From: Eledone cirrhosa
Lineage: Eukaryota
Assembly: GCA_964016885.1 (NCBI GenBank)
Contig: OZ024741.1
Location: forward strand, 341,062,001 to 341,126,000
Direction of reading: 5' to 3'
Length of the DNA stretch: 64,000 nt
Notes under the pieces: model-generated
Database searches by the model: none
Told to the model about the DNA's origin: nothing
The model's input: only the letters and a program-made list of their open reading frames with translations
Shown here: piece after piece, positions 26,635 through 40,867 of the stretch
Layout: each line of letters starts with the position of its first letter
Position numbering within the stretch: the first letter of the stretch is position 1
Program-made: the position numbers and the translations under genes

Positions 26635-28325
26635 CTAGCAGAATGGCCCAGCGCTGCTCGGGATTCTAAACATAGATTGGAATGTTTATCCCTCCTTTCT
26701 GAAACAGTTTCGTCGTATGTTCACCAAGAAGTCCTAATAAAAAGTGAAGTCGCCTTGGGTGAATAGGCAAATAATTTTCCATTAAGATTTTTCAAAAGCA
26801 TGTAATTGCGTTCCCTCTCTTTTTTGTTGTTGTTTTTGCTGCTGTTGGTGTGATAGCGGTCATTGGTCGTACTACTAACACAGTCTCATCCTTCATCAGT
26901 CAATCGTGTATATCCCCTTCTGCCTCGTCAGCAATGAGAACAATATTTGCTCTAGGGTTCTTATATATTTGATATATATTTATCCTTATCGAGCCTCGTG
27001 AAATAAATACGTTTGTTTATATTTTGTTATTGCGTATGCAAAAATATCTGTACACGAATATATAATTATATATACATATATATATTAAAATGACAGATTA
27101 ACGTTTAAGCAAAGAATCGCTGCTTTCACCCTTAACAGGATCTTCTGAAATTAAAAAATCAATCTGTGAACGCAGAAGTAAATATTTCGAAAACATTACA
27201 CACTATATATATATATATACACGCACACTATATATACATATATACACACATACAGATAGCGTCATAATGTCGTAATGCAGACAGCCAGACATACAGACAG
27301 ATATTATAAGTGCGCGACGTTGTAGCTATGTATCTATCTAAAAAGACAGACTAAGAATTATAGAGAGATCGCTAAACGGCGCCTAATTCGATCCCTAGGG
27401 CATTGAAAATTTGAAATATGTTTTGCTCAAAACACTCACACGATCATAAGTATTACATGTGTAAATTTTGAAAAACATCGGTTGGGTTGTTCTCGAGTTT
27501 TAGGAGATCAGACAGAAAGACAGATAGACATTCTTTGTTTTAGATATATAGACTAGCAGAAAACCACCCGGTGGGCGGTTTTCTGCTAGCAAATCTAGTG
27601 TATATACTGATATTGTTGAGATTTGGATGAGAAAGGTTTTCGGCACCACATGTTCACCGTCTCTCGGTGTGTCTTTTATGCATGTATAAATATATATGTT
27701 ATCTATACGGTGAAATCTTTGAAATAAATATATGTTAAAACGAAAAAGGAGAAAAAGAGATTAGTGACGGAAATATAAACGTTATGATACATAAACGTTA
27801 TGATATAACGATGGAAATATATAAACGTTTACGATAAAACGATGGAAATAGAAACGTTTATATATAATGATAAGCCGAAACACTCGTAAGTCGAAACACT
27901 CGTAAGTCGAAACATTCGTAAAGCGAAACGTATAAATAAAGATTAATGTAATGAATTTGAAAAGCATAGAGATTTGAAACCGCGTCTATTTGTTTCCTTG
28001 GCATTTTTTACAAACAGACAAACAAACAGAGAAATGCCCATTATATATTATAAGTAGACTTGGCATGGTGTCAAGTCAGAACCGCCTCGTACTGGTTACT
28101 TCTGGCTTGTGCAAGGTGTCTCTATAGCAACCAGCGATTCCCTCGGCCTCAGTGAACAAGGTCAGTGGAGAGGGGAAGGTAATGTTTCTATAGCGACAGT
28201 GTTTCTCTTGGTAGTACCAAAGTGGAGAAAGGAAGGTGAAGGTAATATTTCTGTAGCACCTATATTTGAGTTTTAGGGAAGGACAGACAGACAGACAGAC
28301 AAACAGAGAAATGCCCATATATTTC

Positions 28326-28358
<33 letters not shown>

Positions 28359-28386
28359 TACACACACAGAAATGTATATATATTTC

Positions 28387-28453
<67 letters not shown>

Positions 28454-28757
28454 CACACAGAAATGTATATATATTTCTGTGTGTATATATATATATATTA
28501 CACACACAGAAATGTATATATATTTCTGTGTGTGTATATATATATATATATTACACACACACAGAAATGTATATATGTTTCTGTAGCACTCCTCAATTCC
28601 CCCCTCTCTCCCTCCCGCTATCCCCCTCTTGTAGTCTGTCTCTTTCTTTCACTCTCACTCTCTGTCTACGCGTGCGCAAAAAACATTCGCACGCGCGCAC
28701 GTGTTTCCACTGTCGGACAGACAGACAGAGAAATTGCTGGTTATATATATAAGTAGA
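26635..28757 (-). mobile_element. Head-to-tail array of three non-autonomous Helitron-like units (26635-27552, 27553-28058, 28059-28757)
   Basis: CTAG+hairpin ends at 26635 and 27553; TC-type starts (tctatatatc, tctacttata) at 27552, 28058, 28757; the third unit lacks a clear CTAG. Confidence 0.65.
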
Positions 28758-30273
28758 TAGTGGAAGGGAGGTAATTCTAAAGGGAGATTACTATAATGAT
28801 ACATTTTTTTTTTTTTTTTACTTTCTTTGTTGGTTTGTATACTTTAACAATAACAAATATCTTCGAGTATTCTTAACCTTCGAGCAGAGGTAAGCGACCT
28901 TAATTTGTTGTCGAAACCCTGTGGAAAATCTATGAAATTATCCTCATTGAGGTTATTTATTATCAATATGTAATTGAAAAACATGAATAAAAAATTTCTG
29001 AGTTTTTTAGCCTACAACAAACAAATCGAAAGTATTTTCTTATTAATTCCTGTTGATTTGATTCTATTGTAAACAATCTTCATTATATACATTCTGTTTA
29101 TATGTCCAAGATGTCTTAATAGTCTTCATTTTTTTTATGTATTACTGAATGGCGGTACACAATAATGGAAATATTAGATTTCTGTCATCATTTTCAAGTA
29201 ATCAAAATTAATTATATAAATAAAAAAAAATGAGAGGAAGGGGTATAGAATGGCAGATCTCGCTGTATAAGAAAGTAAAGGAAAGGACTAAATGCCATAA
29301 ATGAGAAGAAAATGAAGGCAAGAGCAACGACTAATAGGCCACGGAAGAAAGAGAGGGGGAGGAGTGAGGGTACATGCTCTATGCCTAGGTTGGGGCGGTG
29401 TTTCAGCTGCGCCTTGCGGACAGAATTGCAAAAGCTAGCGGCACCCGCTGAAACAGCCACCCTACCTCGCGGATCGCCTTCCTCAAATGGGCGTGTGTCT
29501 GTAAATTGAGGAAGAATACCTGGCGGTCAGGGTAACTGTCGCTTTTGTGGACTTTCTCCACAGGTAACAATTCGAAGTCTCCCTCCTATTGGGGAATTTT
29601 ATTTTGTTTCAATTTTTGTTTTTGTTTTATGTTCTTTTTTACACACAGAAACCCACAATGTACCATCTTGTGTTGTCCTTAATGTATTTTTTGTAAACCC
29701 TTTGTAGTCAATAAAGAAAACATTATCATCATTATCATCAGAAATCTAATCAACATAATCGTAATCTACACTTTCGAAAACGTATCCCCGCGAAATTTCA
29801 TTAAAATAGGTACATTATTATAAATGATGAGAACACAAATTTGGAGTTGTGAGGGAGTTCACTAAATTGTAGTTATGTCCTTAAATATACAAGAAAAGTA
29901 AAGTATCACAGGAGACCAATATTTCAGTGGGGACAGAAAATAAATAACACCGCTTTCAAGGAAAGTAACTCTCGATTATAGTTATATTTTTACACGATAA
30001 TTAAAACAACAAAACAGTTATTCTGAAGTTATAAATCATTTAATTTAATATAACGAATTAGTTTTCTTTTAACCTTGAGTATAATATATGGCGAATAGAG
30101 AATAACATATTAGTTAATCTACAATAACATAAAATAATGTTTTATTTTGCAATGAAACGGAATTAGTTGAAACGAAACGAAATCCACATTTCTAATTTTA
30201 CTTACAGCAGTGACAACCGGCTTGTCTAGTATTACGTCAGATTCTCACAAAACATTTCTCTTCTACACTCAAT

Positions 30274-32478
30274 ATGACATCTACGTCTCTAGTTCGTACC
30301 AAGCGCTCTCAACCAGCATGGAATCCTCCAGAAAACAAAGAAGTAGCCGATTTATATCTTTTCAACAGTTTAACTCGTCAAAAGGAGAAGTTTGTGCCCC
30401 AGAACGGTAAGCGTGTTTTGTGGTATAGCTGCGGACCAACTGTTTACGATGCCTCCCATATGGGGCATGCTAGGTCCTACATTTCATTCGACATTTTAAG
30501 ACGTGTTATGACCACTTATTTCAAATATGATGTGTTTTATTGTATGAATGTAACTGACGTTGATGACAAAATAATCAAAAGAGCCAGACAGAATTATCTT
30601 CTGGAGCAATATAGATCGGAGAACAGTGACAACACTTCAACAGTGGTTTCTGACGTACGGACTGCCCTGGATGCCTATACCATTAAAGCTGAAGGGGAGA
30701 AGGATCCCGATAAAAAGACGATGATGTTGAAGATTATTAACGACGTCAGTACCTCTCTACAGTCTAATGACTCAAACACAGAACAACAAACGGCCGATCA
30801 ACTTATCAGTGGAGCTAAAGATGTCCTGGCAGATATGCTAGACAAACGTAAAGGATCTGAAGTAAGAGAGAACTCCATCTTTTCAGAGTTACCAAAACAT
30901 TGGGAAGAGGAATTTCACAATGATATGGAAGCCCTCAATGTGTTGCCAGCTGACTGTCTTACACGGGTGAGTGACTATGTACCCGAAATTGTGGAATTTA
31001 TTCAAAAAGTAATTGATCGGAATTATGCTTATGAGTCAGGTGGTTCTGTCTATTTTGATACCATGAAGTTTAGCGAAGCCCCTGATCACTTTTATGCCAA
31101 ACTAGTTCCAGAAGCCTTCGGTGATAGAGAAGCACTACAGGAAGGTGAAGGGGACTTGAGTGTTTCTGAAGAGAGGTTATCTGAGAAAAAAAGTCCCAAT
31201 GATTTTGCATTATGGAAAGCTTCAAAACCTGGTGAGCCCATATGGGATTCTCCTTGGGGCAAAGGTAGGCCTGGATGGCACATCGAATGTTCTGTTATGG
31301 CCAGTGAAATTCTTGGAGACTCACTGGACATACATACTGGAGGTGTGGACTTGAAGTTTCCTCATCATGACAATGAATTAGCTCAAGCAGAAGCATGTTT
31401 TGACAATGACCACTGGGTACATTACTTCCTTCACTCTGGCCATTTAACAATCCAAGGGTGTAAGATGTCTAAATCCCTCAAGAATTTCATCACAATTAAA
31501 GAATCATTGAAAAAACACACAGCATGCCAGCTTCGTTTCGTCTTTTTATTGCACTCCTGGAAAGATACTCTTGACTACAGTGACAACACAATGGAAGCAG
31601 CCATTACCTATGAAAAACACCTTAACGAATTCTTCTTGACTGTCAAAGACATTTTGCGAAAGCTGCCAAGCCATGGATGTTCATCTTTTACTAAATGGGG
31701 TAAACTGGAAGTGTCGCTCAATAAAAAATATCTGGATACACACAATCAGGTGCACTTGGCATTATGTGATTCTATTGATACACACACAGCATTAGATGCA
31801 CTGAGGGACTTGGTCACAGTGACTAACCAGTATATTTCAAAGACAAGGCCAACTATGGCCTGTAATCGAATACTTTTAATAAACATTTCTGAATATGTTA
31901 CAGACATGTTGAAAGTGTTTGGTGCTATTAAGGATGATATGGGGATTGGTTTCACACAAACAGGTACAGGGGCCACTTCATCTGAAAACACTGTGATGCC
32001 TTATCTATCTGCTCTGTCAGAATTCCGGGAGGACATAAGACGGTTAGCCAGAGAAAAGAAAGATGCCCAAGAAATCTTGACCAAATGTGATGAACTTCGG
32101 GACACAGTTCTGCCTAACTTAGGAGTCCGTCTGGAGGACCATGAAGGGCAAGTGCCTGTTATTAAACTGGTTGATAAAGAATCACTTCTGAGGGAAATGC
32201 AAGAGAAAGAAAAAGCTGAAGAAAAGAAAAGACTACAGAAAGAACAGGCTAAGAAGGAGAAAGAAGCAGCTGAAGCTCTTCGAGAGGCTCAAAAGAGAAT
32301 CCCTCCTTCACAATTGTTTTCTAATGAAACAGATAAATATTCCAAATTTAATGAGTCCGGTTTTCCAACCCATGATGCAGAAGGCAAGGAACTTACGAAA
32401 TCAGCCATGAAAAAATTGCAAAAGCTTTACGATGCTCAGAAGAAGAAATACGAGGCGTATATGAATAGAAGTAACTAA
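30274..32478 (+). CDS. CARS1: Cysteinyl-tRNA synthetase, cytoplasmic; single coding exon
   Basis: 734-aa intact ORF: [20 protein letters not shown] (HIGH motif), [30 protein letters not shown], eukaryotic C-terminal extension; possible 5' UTR acceptor ttacag at ~30207; AATAAA at ~33051. Confidence 0.98.
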   Translation: MTSTSLVRTKRSQPAWNPPENKEVADLYLFNSLTRQKEKFVPQNGKRVLWYSCGPTVYDASHMGHARSYISFDILRRVMTTYFKYDVFYCMNVTDVDDKIIKRARQNYLLEQYRSENSDNTSTVVSDVRTALDAYTIKAEGEKDPDKKTMMLKIINDVSTSLQSNDSNTEQQTADQLISGAKDVLADMLDKRKGSEVRENSIFSELPKHWEEEFHNDMEALNVLPADCLTRVSDYVPEIVEFIQKVIDRNYAYESGGSVYFDTMKFSEAPDHFYAKLVPEAFGDREALQEGEGDLSVSEERLSEKKSPNDFALWKASKPGEPIWDSPWGKGRPGWHIECSVMASEILGDSLDIHTGGVDLKFPHHDNELAQAEACFDNDHWVHYFLHSGHLTIQGCKMSKSLKNFITIKESLKKHTACQLRFVFLLHSWKDTLDYSDNTMEAAITYEKHLNEFFLTVKDILRKLPSHGCSSFTKWGKLEVSLNKKYLDTHNQVHLALCDSIDTHTALDALRDLVTVTNQYISKTRPTMACNRILLINISEYVTDMLKVFGAIKDDMGIGFTQTGTGATSSENTVMPYLSALSEFREDIRRLAREKKDAQEILTKCDELRDTVLPNLGVRLEDHEGQVPVIKLVDKESLLREMQEKEKAEEKKRLQKEQAKKEKEAAEALREAQKRIPPSQLFSNETDKYSKFNESGFPTHDAEGKELTKSAMKKLQKLYDAQKKKYEAYMNRSN

Positions 32479-33939
32479 TTAAATGGAGTATTGAGAAAGT
32501 ATAGTGATGATTAGGGTGGGGGGATCATTTAATGAACAAGCTTAGAAATTTTATCTATCTTGGACATAAAGATATGAACAAATACTTTGTATTCAGTGGA
32601 ATTGCTTTGGGCAACAAACCGGTTTTTAACAAAAGGTTATTTTTATATTTGACATCTCTTATTTATTTATTTTTATTTATTTTTGTTATTATTATTATTG
32701 TTTACATATTGTCTTATCTATTCTTTGTTTTTGGATTGCTTTCTCACAATCCTCCACTGAGGCACATACCCTTATGGCAGTGGTTACCTACCTCTATGTG
32801 GTCATAGTGGTGGTTACCCACCTCTACTGCTGTGGTAGTGGTGGTTACTTGCCTCTACTATCATGGTATGTAGTGGTAGTGGGTTACCTGACACTTGACT
32901 GCTGTGGTAACTTATCTTTATTCATAGCTGTAGTAGTACTGCTGCTACTACTACTACAATCCCTGTATCTCACTTCAGTTTTTTGTCATGATATAACTTT
33001 TTCTACATCACTACCTTGTATCAATCTACTTTCCTATCTTTGCATCAAATAATAAACATGTTTATCTTGATATAATAACAACTTAACTTCTTCAGTACCA
33101 GAAACTCACTAAGTTAACCAGCTATCTTGCTACAGTATTTGACCAAAATATACAGTCATTGGTTAACTAACTTACATGGCCTAATGGTTAGGGTGTTGGA
33201 TTCATGGGTTTGTTTCCTGGACCAAACAGTGCACTATGTTCTTCAGCAAAACACTTCATGACATGCTGTTTTTAATGATAGGAATGCGGTCCCTATCATA
33301 AAAAGACTCAAGAAATCTACTATCAGATACAACCTTGTAGATGGCCAGCTAAACCTGCTTGGTGTGAACTGTAAATTTCATGTTTCATTTTGTTTAACTG
33401 AAATATATATTGCCCCTTGTTTAACTAACGATGTATCAATGTCTTTGTAGTAATTCAACGTTGTACCTTACGGATGTACCTTCCTCCAGTAAGTGCCACA
33501 GTCACCTATGTGTGTTACTTTGCTGTGATAGCTTGCTCAGCTATCAATCCCAACTTCTCTATCTTACCTTGTTAACTCTTCCATTACTAAATTTCACTCC
33601 CTACGTTTCAAATATTTTTGAAAATAATTCAGAATTTCAAAGGATTTAGTAAACTAACTTCATTACGATAGCGTGTAGAATATTAAAAGATTTTTGCAAG
33701 AAATGTTTATGGAAGGTTATAATATAAATATAAACATCTTAAAATGAGCAATTTTGTATCATGGAAAAAGTGGGTGGTTTGCTAATCAAAAGGGCTCATC
33801 TATTTTCTTCCTTTTTTATGTTATTTTACAAACATTTATTATTCAGTTATGTAAGCCTCAGGGTACCTCCCCTGATCAAACAGTTCTATGCCTTGTAGGT
33901 AGTAGGCCAAACAATATGATGTAATCGATGAATCTATTG

Positions 33940-34260
33940 TTCAGGATATACCACTCCTTTGACTAGCTGGGGACCATATATTTCAGGATATACCACTCTT
34001 CTGTCTGGCTGAGGACCATATTGTTACAGATATACCACTCCTCTGTCTAGCTGGGAACTATAGAAGATATGCCACTCCTCTGTCTGGTTGGGAACTGTAT
34101 TGTTCAGGATATACCACACCTCTGCCTGGCTGAGGACCATATTGTTCCAGATAAACCATGCTGCTATCATACTGTACCCGATATACCATGCCTCTGTCTA
34201 GATGGGGAGTATATTGTACCAGATATACCACGCCTTTGTCTAGCTGGGAAATATACTGCA
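33940..34260. repeat. ~42-bp minisatellite, about 8 diverged units
   Basis: Unit approximately ttgttccagatataccactcctctgtctagctgggaaccata. Confidence 0.85.
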
Positions 34261-35709
34261 TGCATTGACATGTACTGATGAATCTTATAAGGCATATGTG
34301 ACTGTCTGGACTGGGGGCCCCTATCATTAAAACACCTGAGAAATCTGAGATACAACCCAGGAGGCCAGCTAATGTAAGTTGTAAAACAATAAAGAAGGAC
34401 TGGGGCCTGTGTCATTTATGCATCCAAGAAACCTATGAGATACAGCCTCATAAAAGGCCAGCTTAACTTACATAGGTGTGAACTATAAATTTTATTTTTC
34501 ATTTTCAATTACTACTCCAGGCCAAATCACCTCACACAACTAATACAATCTTTTTCGAGAAGCATGAATGCCTTTTCACATTTTTCCTCTCGTCTTCCAA
34601 AATGTAGAATCTTATGCCTGAAAATAAAATGAAACCAATATTTTAAGAGAAAATGTAGGGTTGCAAGAGGTAGTGGCAATATTTTTTTCTACCAAAAATA
34701 ATAAGCAAGGGCTTCGATGAAATTTTCAGCCAGGAAACCCCACGCAAGTTTAGTCTACCTTTGACAGGGACAATTTGGATAGTTATATTGGATTCTGTAT
34801 CAGAATCATTAAAGTGTGTCTCAAGACAGGAGGTAATCTTGGTTTGATGTGACATAAATCAACTGAGAGTACAAGAATCTTCTATGGATGGGACAGCAGT
34901 CCATCACATGGTTAACTTCCCAGATGCTGCTGCTACTGGTACTCATTACCAGCTGTGTAACTGGAACAACATGAGTGAATCGCCTTACTCAATGACACCA
35001 AGTTTTGTCTGGTCCAAGGATTGAACTCACAACCTTACATTCATGAACCGAACACCTTAACCACTAGGCCATACCCTCCACTATCAAGTGTGGCACTTCT
35101 AAAATCTCTGTTTAAATTCCTTTTCAAACTTCCAAAGTTGAGAAATGTTAACATACAAGAATATTATTTAGAGCAGCTTTAAAATTGGTACAGATGAAAT
35201 GGTTATAAGTTCAAATCCAGCCAAAGTTAAATTATTGTGTTACAAATCGCCTACATGTTTTCCAGGTACATGCTTGTATCCTATTTTAGTTGTTATATTC
35301 AGTCCTCATTCCTAACCCCCTTTCACTGTACTTTGAATATTTTTAAAAGAAAAAAATTGTTATTCATTAGTTTTGCTTATATGGTTTGTGCTTCCTGAAA
35401 TTATTGTTTAACAATAAAGTAAATTTAACATTTGATTTTGTATTTATTATTGTTAATCCAGCTCTTTACATTCTAAGTTCAAATTCTGCCAAAGTTAGCT
35501 TTGTCTTTCATCCTTTCAGGGTTGATAAAATAGAGTACCAGTAATGCACTGGGGTCGATTTAATCGACTTTCCCCTCCCCTTCAAATTGCTGGCCTTATG
35601 CCTAAGTAGAAACAATTATTATTGATCCACTTCTTTCTTTATGTTCTGAGTTGATGGTTTGCACAGTAAATATAATAATTAATGAATCTTCAACTGTCTG
35701 TCTAGTTTC

Positions 35710-35880
35710 AACAATAACCTTAGTACTTTCCTGAGTATGTTTGCAGTGCCCAACAGGACAATCTTTTGTTGAAGAGTAACTTGTTTTGAGAACTATTTGC
35801 TCAAGGGACTCTCAGTTTTAGTGGTATCAAGCCTAAAGATCCCATCACAACTGGAATGATCTCGATGCTGTAGGTTATAT
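35710..35880 (-). mobile_element. R4/Dong-like (RLE) non-LTR 3' fragment
   Basis: Minus strand translates to IEIIPVVMGSLG...QKIVLLGTANILRKVL. Confidence 0.6.
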
Positions 35881-35914
35881 TATCCACATTTATGCAATTT
35901 CACTCTTAAACTTA

Positions 35915-38900
35915 TCATCATCAGTCTTATTTTCATTGCATACTGACTGTAGGTTTCACTTTGTATTTAGGCAAGGTGGGTCTTCTGTATTACTGCAGAG
36001 CGCCAAAGATCTCGGTCCAGTGACATTGTCTTGGAAAGGTGTAAGTGTGTAAGGTCGGAATTTATCAAGTCGTCCCAGGTTTTTCTGGGTCTGCCTACTC
36101 CGTAGCTTCTATCAATTTTGATCGGCCTGAACTTTTTTATACAGCTGTCGTCTTTCATGCGCGTCACATGACCATACCAATGTAGTCTTCTCTCGAGTGA
36201 ACAGCATCTGATCCCTCTTATTCCTAATTTATCACTTAGTTCATTTATGCTTTGCTGTTCACGTATATTACTATTACACATCCAACGGAGCATACAAGCT
36301 TCATTCCTCTCCAGTCTGCGCATATCCTCTGCACACAATGCCCAGGTCTCACTGCCATGTAACATTGCTGTTCGTATACAGGCATCATACAGTCTGCTTT
36401 CATTTTTAGAGAGAAACCTTTAGCGGCCAATAGTGGTATAAGCTCTCTGAACTTTTTCCATCCCGTTCTGACTCTGGCTACTGTACTTTCAGAGCACCCT
36501 CCACCACTGCTGATTTTGTCACCCAGGTAACGGAAGGTGTCCACTATTTCTATAGAACCATCTGTGCAATGGAATGAGCTAGTATTCTGTGCGCACTTGC
36601 TGCTACTTATTGCACCAGAGCACCGGCCACATATAAAATCTATATTCTTAGTTAGCTTACCTGTGATCCCACTACATCTTTTATGCACCCATACTTTGCA
36701 TTTGGGACATAAAATGGAGTTTCTGCCTACTCCTTTCCTACACACTGAGCATGGCCATTTCCCAGAGGGGACCAGTGCCCTATTTTCCTTCCTACAAGTT
36801 AACTTTAAGGCCTTTTGATTCTAAGCCATGCTTCCATGTTTGGAATTTCTTCTCTAGTTCAGCCATCGATTCAGCTATGAGCGTTAGATCATCTGCATAG
36901 AGAAGTTCCCATGGGCAGCCAGTCTTGAACACCTCTGTTATAGCCTGAAGGGCAATAATAAATAGGAGGGGGCTAAGGACAGAGCCCTGATGAACACCAA
37001 CTTTTACACTAAATGCTTCACTATATTCGTTGTTAATTCTAACCTTGCTGACTGTTTCTTTATACATGGCTTGTATAGCTCTCACAAGCCATTCATCAAC
37101 ACCTAGTTTTCTAAGAGCCCACCAGATAATGGAGTGGGGGACTCTGTCAAAGGCTTTCTCCAAGTCAACAAAAGCTAAGTATAGGGGTTTACTTTTAGCT
37201 AGGTACTTCCCCTGTAGTTGTCGTACAAGGAAAAAAGCGTCTGTGGTACTTTTACCTGACACAAACCCAAACTGCATTTCATCTAGATCAATTTGCTCTC
37301 TGATTAGTTGCGCTATAACTCTTTCTGTGACCTTCATGACCTGGTCAATTAATTTAATGCCTCTATAGTTTCCCCTATCTAGGGCATCACCTTTACCCTT
37401 GTAGCAGTTAATAATGATGCTGCTACTGCTACGCCAGTCATTTGGTATGACTTGGTTTACTATCCGGGTGACCATAGTGTGTCCCACCGATCCAGATGCT
37501 CTCAGCATTTCAGCAACTATCTCCGAAGGCCCAGCTGCTTTGCCTGTCTTCATATCTTTGATTGCCTTACTTATTATACTACCTTCAACTTGCACTGCTA
37601 GTTGGATCGATTTGGGGCAGACTATCTTTTTCCCATTTATTCTCCTCATTTTGTAGTCTCTCGTAGCGACACTTCCAAGCTACCTTCTTATCAGCATCAG
37701 TGATGGCAAGTATACCATCATCATTACGGACACACTTCTCCCCAACAATATCACGGTTTTCCTTGACACATTGTCTAGCAATCCTGAACACCTCACGTTT
37801 TTGGTCCTCGCGTTGTAGAACATGCTTGAACTTTCTTTCCTCTGCTTCCCTTCTTGCAAAGTACACTTGTCTCATAGCTTCCCTTCTGGCCACTTGATAG
37901 TGTTCTCTACTTCCTCCATACTTTCCAAGCTTGCTTTTTGGCCTTGATTGACTCCTCCACCTTACTGTTCCACCACCATGTTACTCTCCTGCCTATAGGT
38001 CTGCTGTCGCCTTCAGCAGGTTAACTTTCAGGAATTCCCACTGTTCTTCTATACTGTACGTCCCTAATTGCTCTTCCTTACTGTCAAAAGCATCAAGTAA
38101 TATGCTTTTAAATTCGTTACTGGCTGTGGGGTCCTTCAACTCCATATTCTTCTTCTCAGGGTAGTCCTCCTCTGTTGTCAAGTACGTCTTGTCCTGACTA
38201 TGAGGTCACTAACTATGAGGCTATGTTGGGAGGTGCATTCTTCACGGGGGAGGGATTTAGTGTTTACAACAGACACTTTGTTACGTCTTCTGGTAAGGAT
38301 ATAATCTATCTGACTGGTGTGTTCCCCTGATCTATAGGTGATCAAGTGATTGTCTTGCTTTTTGAAGTTTGTGCTCATTTCTGGTACCAAACCCATAGAT
38401 TCCGTCATAGTCGTCACAATGTTGTCCAACATGACCATTTAGGTCGCCAGCAATAATTATGTAGTCACTGTCAGTTATTTGGGAGGTAGTGAGCATTAGC
38501 GATTCATAGAATCTGTCTTTTATAACGCCAGGCAGTCCAGATTTGGGTGCGTAAGCAGATATTACTGTCACAGTAGTTCAATTTAGGACTAGTCTTATTT
38601 TGATTATTCTGTCGTTCACTCTATTTATGTCAATTACCTTATCTACCCATTTTTCTGCTAACATAATTCCTACTCCACCCAATTCATTTTCATTTCCCAC
38701 CCACAAAAGTTTATAGCATCGTTTTTTACCCACAATAAATCTAGCAGACCCACCCTCCACCTATTCTCTTGAACGCAACAAACATCAACTTCCTTACGTT
38801 CAATCATCTCTACAACCTCGTTAGAGTGCCTACATTCATGGTACCAACTCTGAAGTTTTGTATTTTGTTTGGTGGGTGGAAGGGATGGGTTGGAGGTGCA

Positions 38901-39445
38901 GGGTGGGGTGAGAGAGATGGGGTTATGTTAGCCATCCGCATCTGAAATAAAGAGGAGTCCTTGCATTCTCATCCGGCAACATGAGGTGAATTTATCTTTA
39001 TCTTTGACATTGTCATTGACTCTTCAGATTCTTCAGACTCTCCAAATTCTGTAGTCCATCTAGCACATCGGAAAGCAACCAGGTCTAAACTTAAGGAGTA
39101 ATAGCCAAGGCGGTGGTTTTGTGAAAGAGATTGGTAAGAGAAACATATTATAAGCCACTGAATTATGATTGGACCAAATAGTAATGGTGGTGTGTGGGGA
39201 CGGGTGAGAGGGATATGGGGAAGTTAACGAGAGGGTTACTTTTATAATCTAAACCTACAAATTCAATCATAATTTAAACGAACGTATAACAGTAATCAGT
39301 GTTTAAATACGAGAAGATTGTTTTTGAGGGTCTGACAGAATTATCGAATAAAATTGAAAAGATTGTATTCTAAGTAAATTGACCTAGGAAAACATGGAGA
39401 AACAAGAAAATGGAGTGAAATACATTACATTTCTCAAAACGACCC
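35915..39445 (-). mobile_element. RTE-clade LINE, near full length, frameshifted
   Basis: APE endonuclease (SAYAP, GDLNGHVG, SQIDYIL), RT (FVDLEKAFD, GVHQGSVLSP, LYADD), inserted Cys/His finger CSVC...CPKC..WVHKRC...CGRC. Confidence 0.92.
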
Positions 39446-39785
39446 TTCGGATCTCTTATGATTTTTTGTGTATAGAGGAATAGTGGAATGTGTTTACACT
39501 TCACATTTCATTCTTTTCACAGCAAATGTGACCAAAGGGAAACTATTTTCTCTATCTGGCTTACCCTGAGACAACAAACAAGGGAGTTACATTACTAGAT
39601 TATATGCTCCTTGTTAGAGATTGGGCTTGTTGATCAATTCTACAAGCTCACCTTTAATAGTAGGTCTTCTCAGATAAGGCTGACCTGGGACTAAACAATA
39701 ATACTAACAATAAAGAGAGGCATTCACAGATATGAATAGATATTTATTAATCTCAAATAAAAAAAATGGACAAATTCAATGTAGT

Positions 39786-40083
39786 TTAGGTTACTGCAGC
39801 TCGGCATAAAGGACAGGTTTGTTTTTGCAGGAACCAAGTTTCTAAACAATGATGACAAAAGCTGTGATTGCATTTCAGTTTTCTTTTACGGGTTAATTTT
39901 TGGAAACAAATTTGACATTCTTCTTCGGAAGGTCTAGAATTCACATTTATCTTGCTCCTCTGTTCATGGACAGCTCCTGATCTAGGATTCTCATGTAAAC
40001 TAAGGCTCGCTAATTGATGAGTGGGATAATCTACACTTTGGGGATATGAATCCACAAAAGAACCTTGTGATCGTTCTTGGTTA
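39786..40083 (-). CDS. Terminal exon of macro-domain/RING E3 ligase-like gene (C3HC4 RING)
   Basis: Acceptor ttatttcag|T; CQIC-x11-CNHSFCHHC-x10-CPLC then stop; AATAAA at 39743-39748 (minus); phase 2 matches the previous exon. Confidence 0.85.
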
Positions 40084-40226
40084 CTGAAATAAATAAGAAA
40101 AATACAACTTATACAACTTGGTTGCAATAGCATATTTAACTATATCTGAATGACTCTTGAAAAAACCCAGGGACACCATCCATTAAACAAATTCATAGTA
40201 AAGTTAACACCATTATAATTAATGTT

Positions 40227-40440
40227 CGATGGATTGGCAGTATCGGTAGAGGGTTGGATGCCATGCTTTGTAGCATAGAGTTACGACACTTCATGATCTG
40301 AGTTCAAATCCCACCGAGGTTAACTTTGCCTTTCATCCTTACGGGGTTGATAAAATAAAGTACCAGTAATGTACTGGGGTCGATTTAATCGACTTTCCCC
40401 ACCTCTTCCAATTACTAGCCTTGTGCCAATACTAGAAATC
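40227..40440 (+). mobile_element. SINE with 14-bp TSD
   Basis: attataattaatgt on both sides; gagttcaaatccc box. Other copies at ~35460-35620, 48461-48654 (20-bp TSD tttaataaattgaagtgtgg), 54000-54330, 63670-63800. Confidence 0.9.
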
Positions 40441-40767
40441 ATTATAATTAATGTAGCAAAAAAACAAATTTAATTAATTTAATACTTATTACTATCTATT
40501 TTAGTGTACTTCTTCCTATTTCAGACACACTATGTATTATGTGCACAGGATGAAGCAAACATCCTAGAATCTGTACTAATCTTCTCCCTCCTCTGTTCAC
40601 ACACCTTCCTACATCTTAATACTCACCCATCCCAAGCCTGCATATTCGTTTCAGCCCCTCCCCTCCACATCCTCTGTCCAACCTATGCATACAACCACGG
40701 AAAGCTGGACACACTACACACCGATTTTTCCACAGACTGACCACCACCACAACAAAAAACACAGGCC

Positions 40768-40867
<100 letters not shown>

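Noticed and set aside
29212-29745. GC-richer segment with short ORFs upstream of CARS1
   Set aside because: May be a LINE 3' end or the CARS1 promoter/first exon, but no diagnostic motif could be established.
33940-34260. Regularly spaced repeat resembling a CRISPR array
   Set aside because: The 'spacers' are homologous to one another, there are no cas genes, and the context is eukaryotic.
38930-39100. HDV-like ribozyme in the RTE 5' region
   Set aside because: A nested double pseudoknot could not be built by eye.
40290-40320. tRNA gene (gagttcaaatccc B-box)
   Set aside because: Part of a multi-copy SINE head; no complete cloverleaf.
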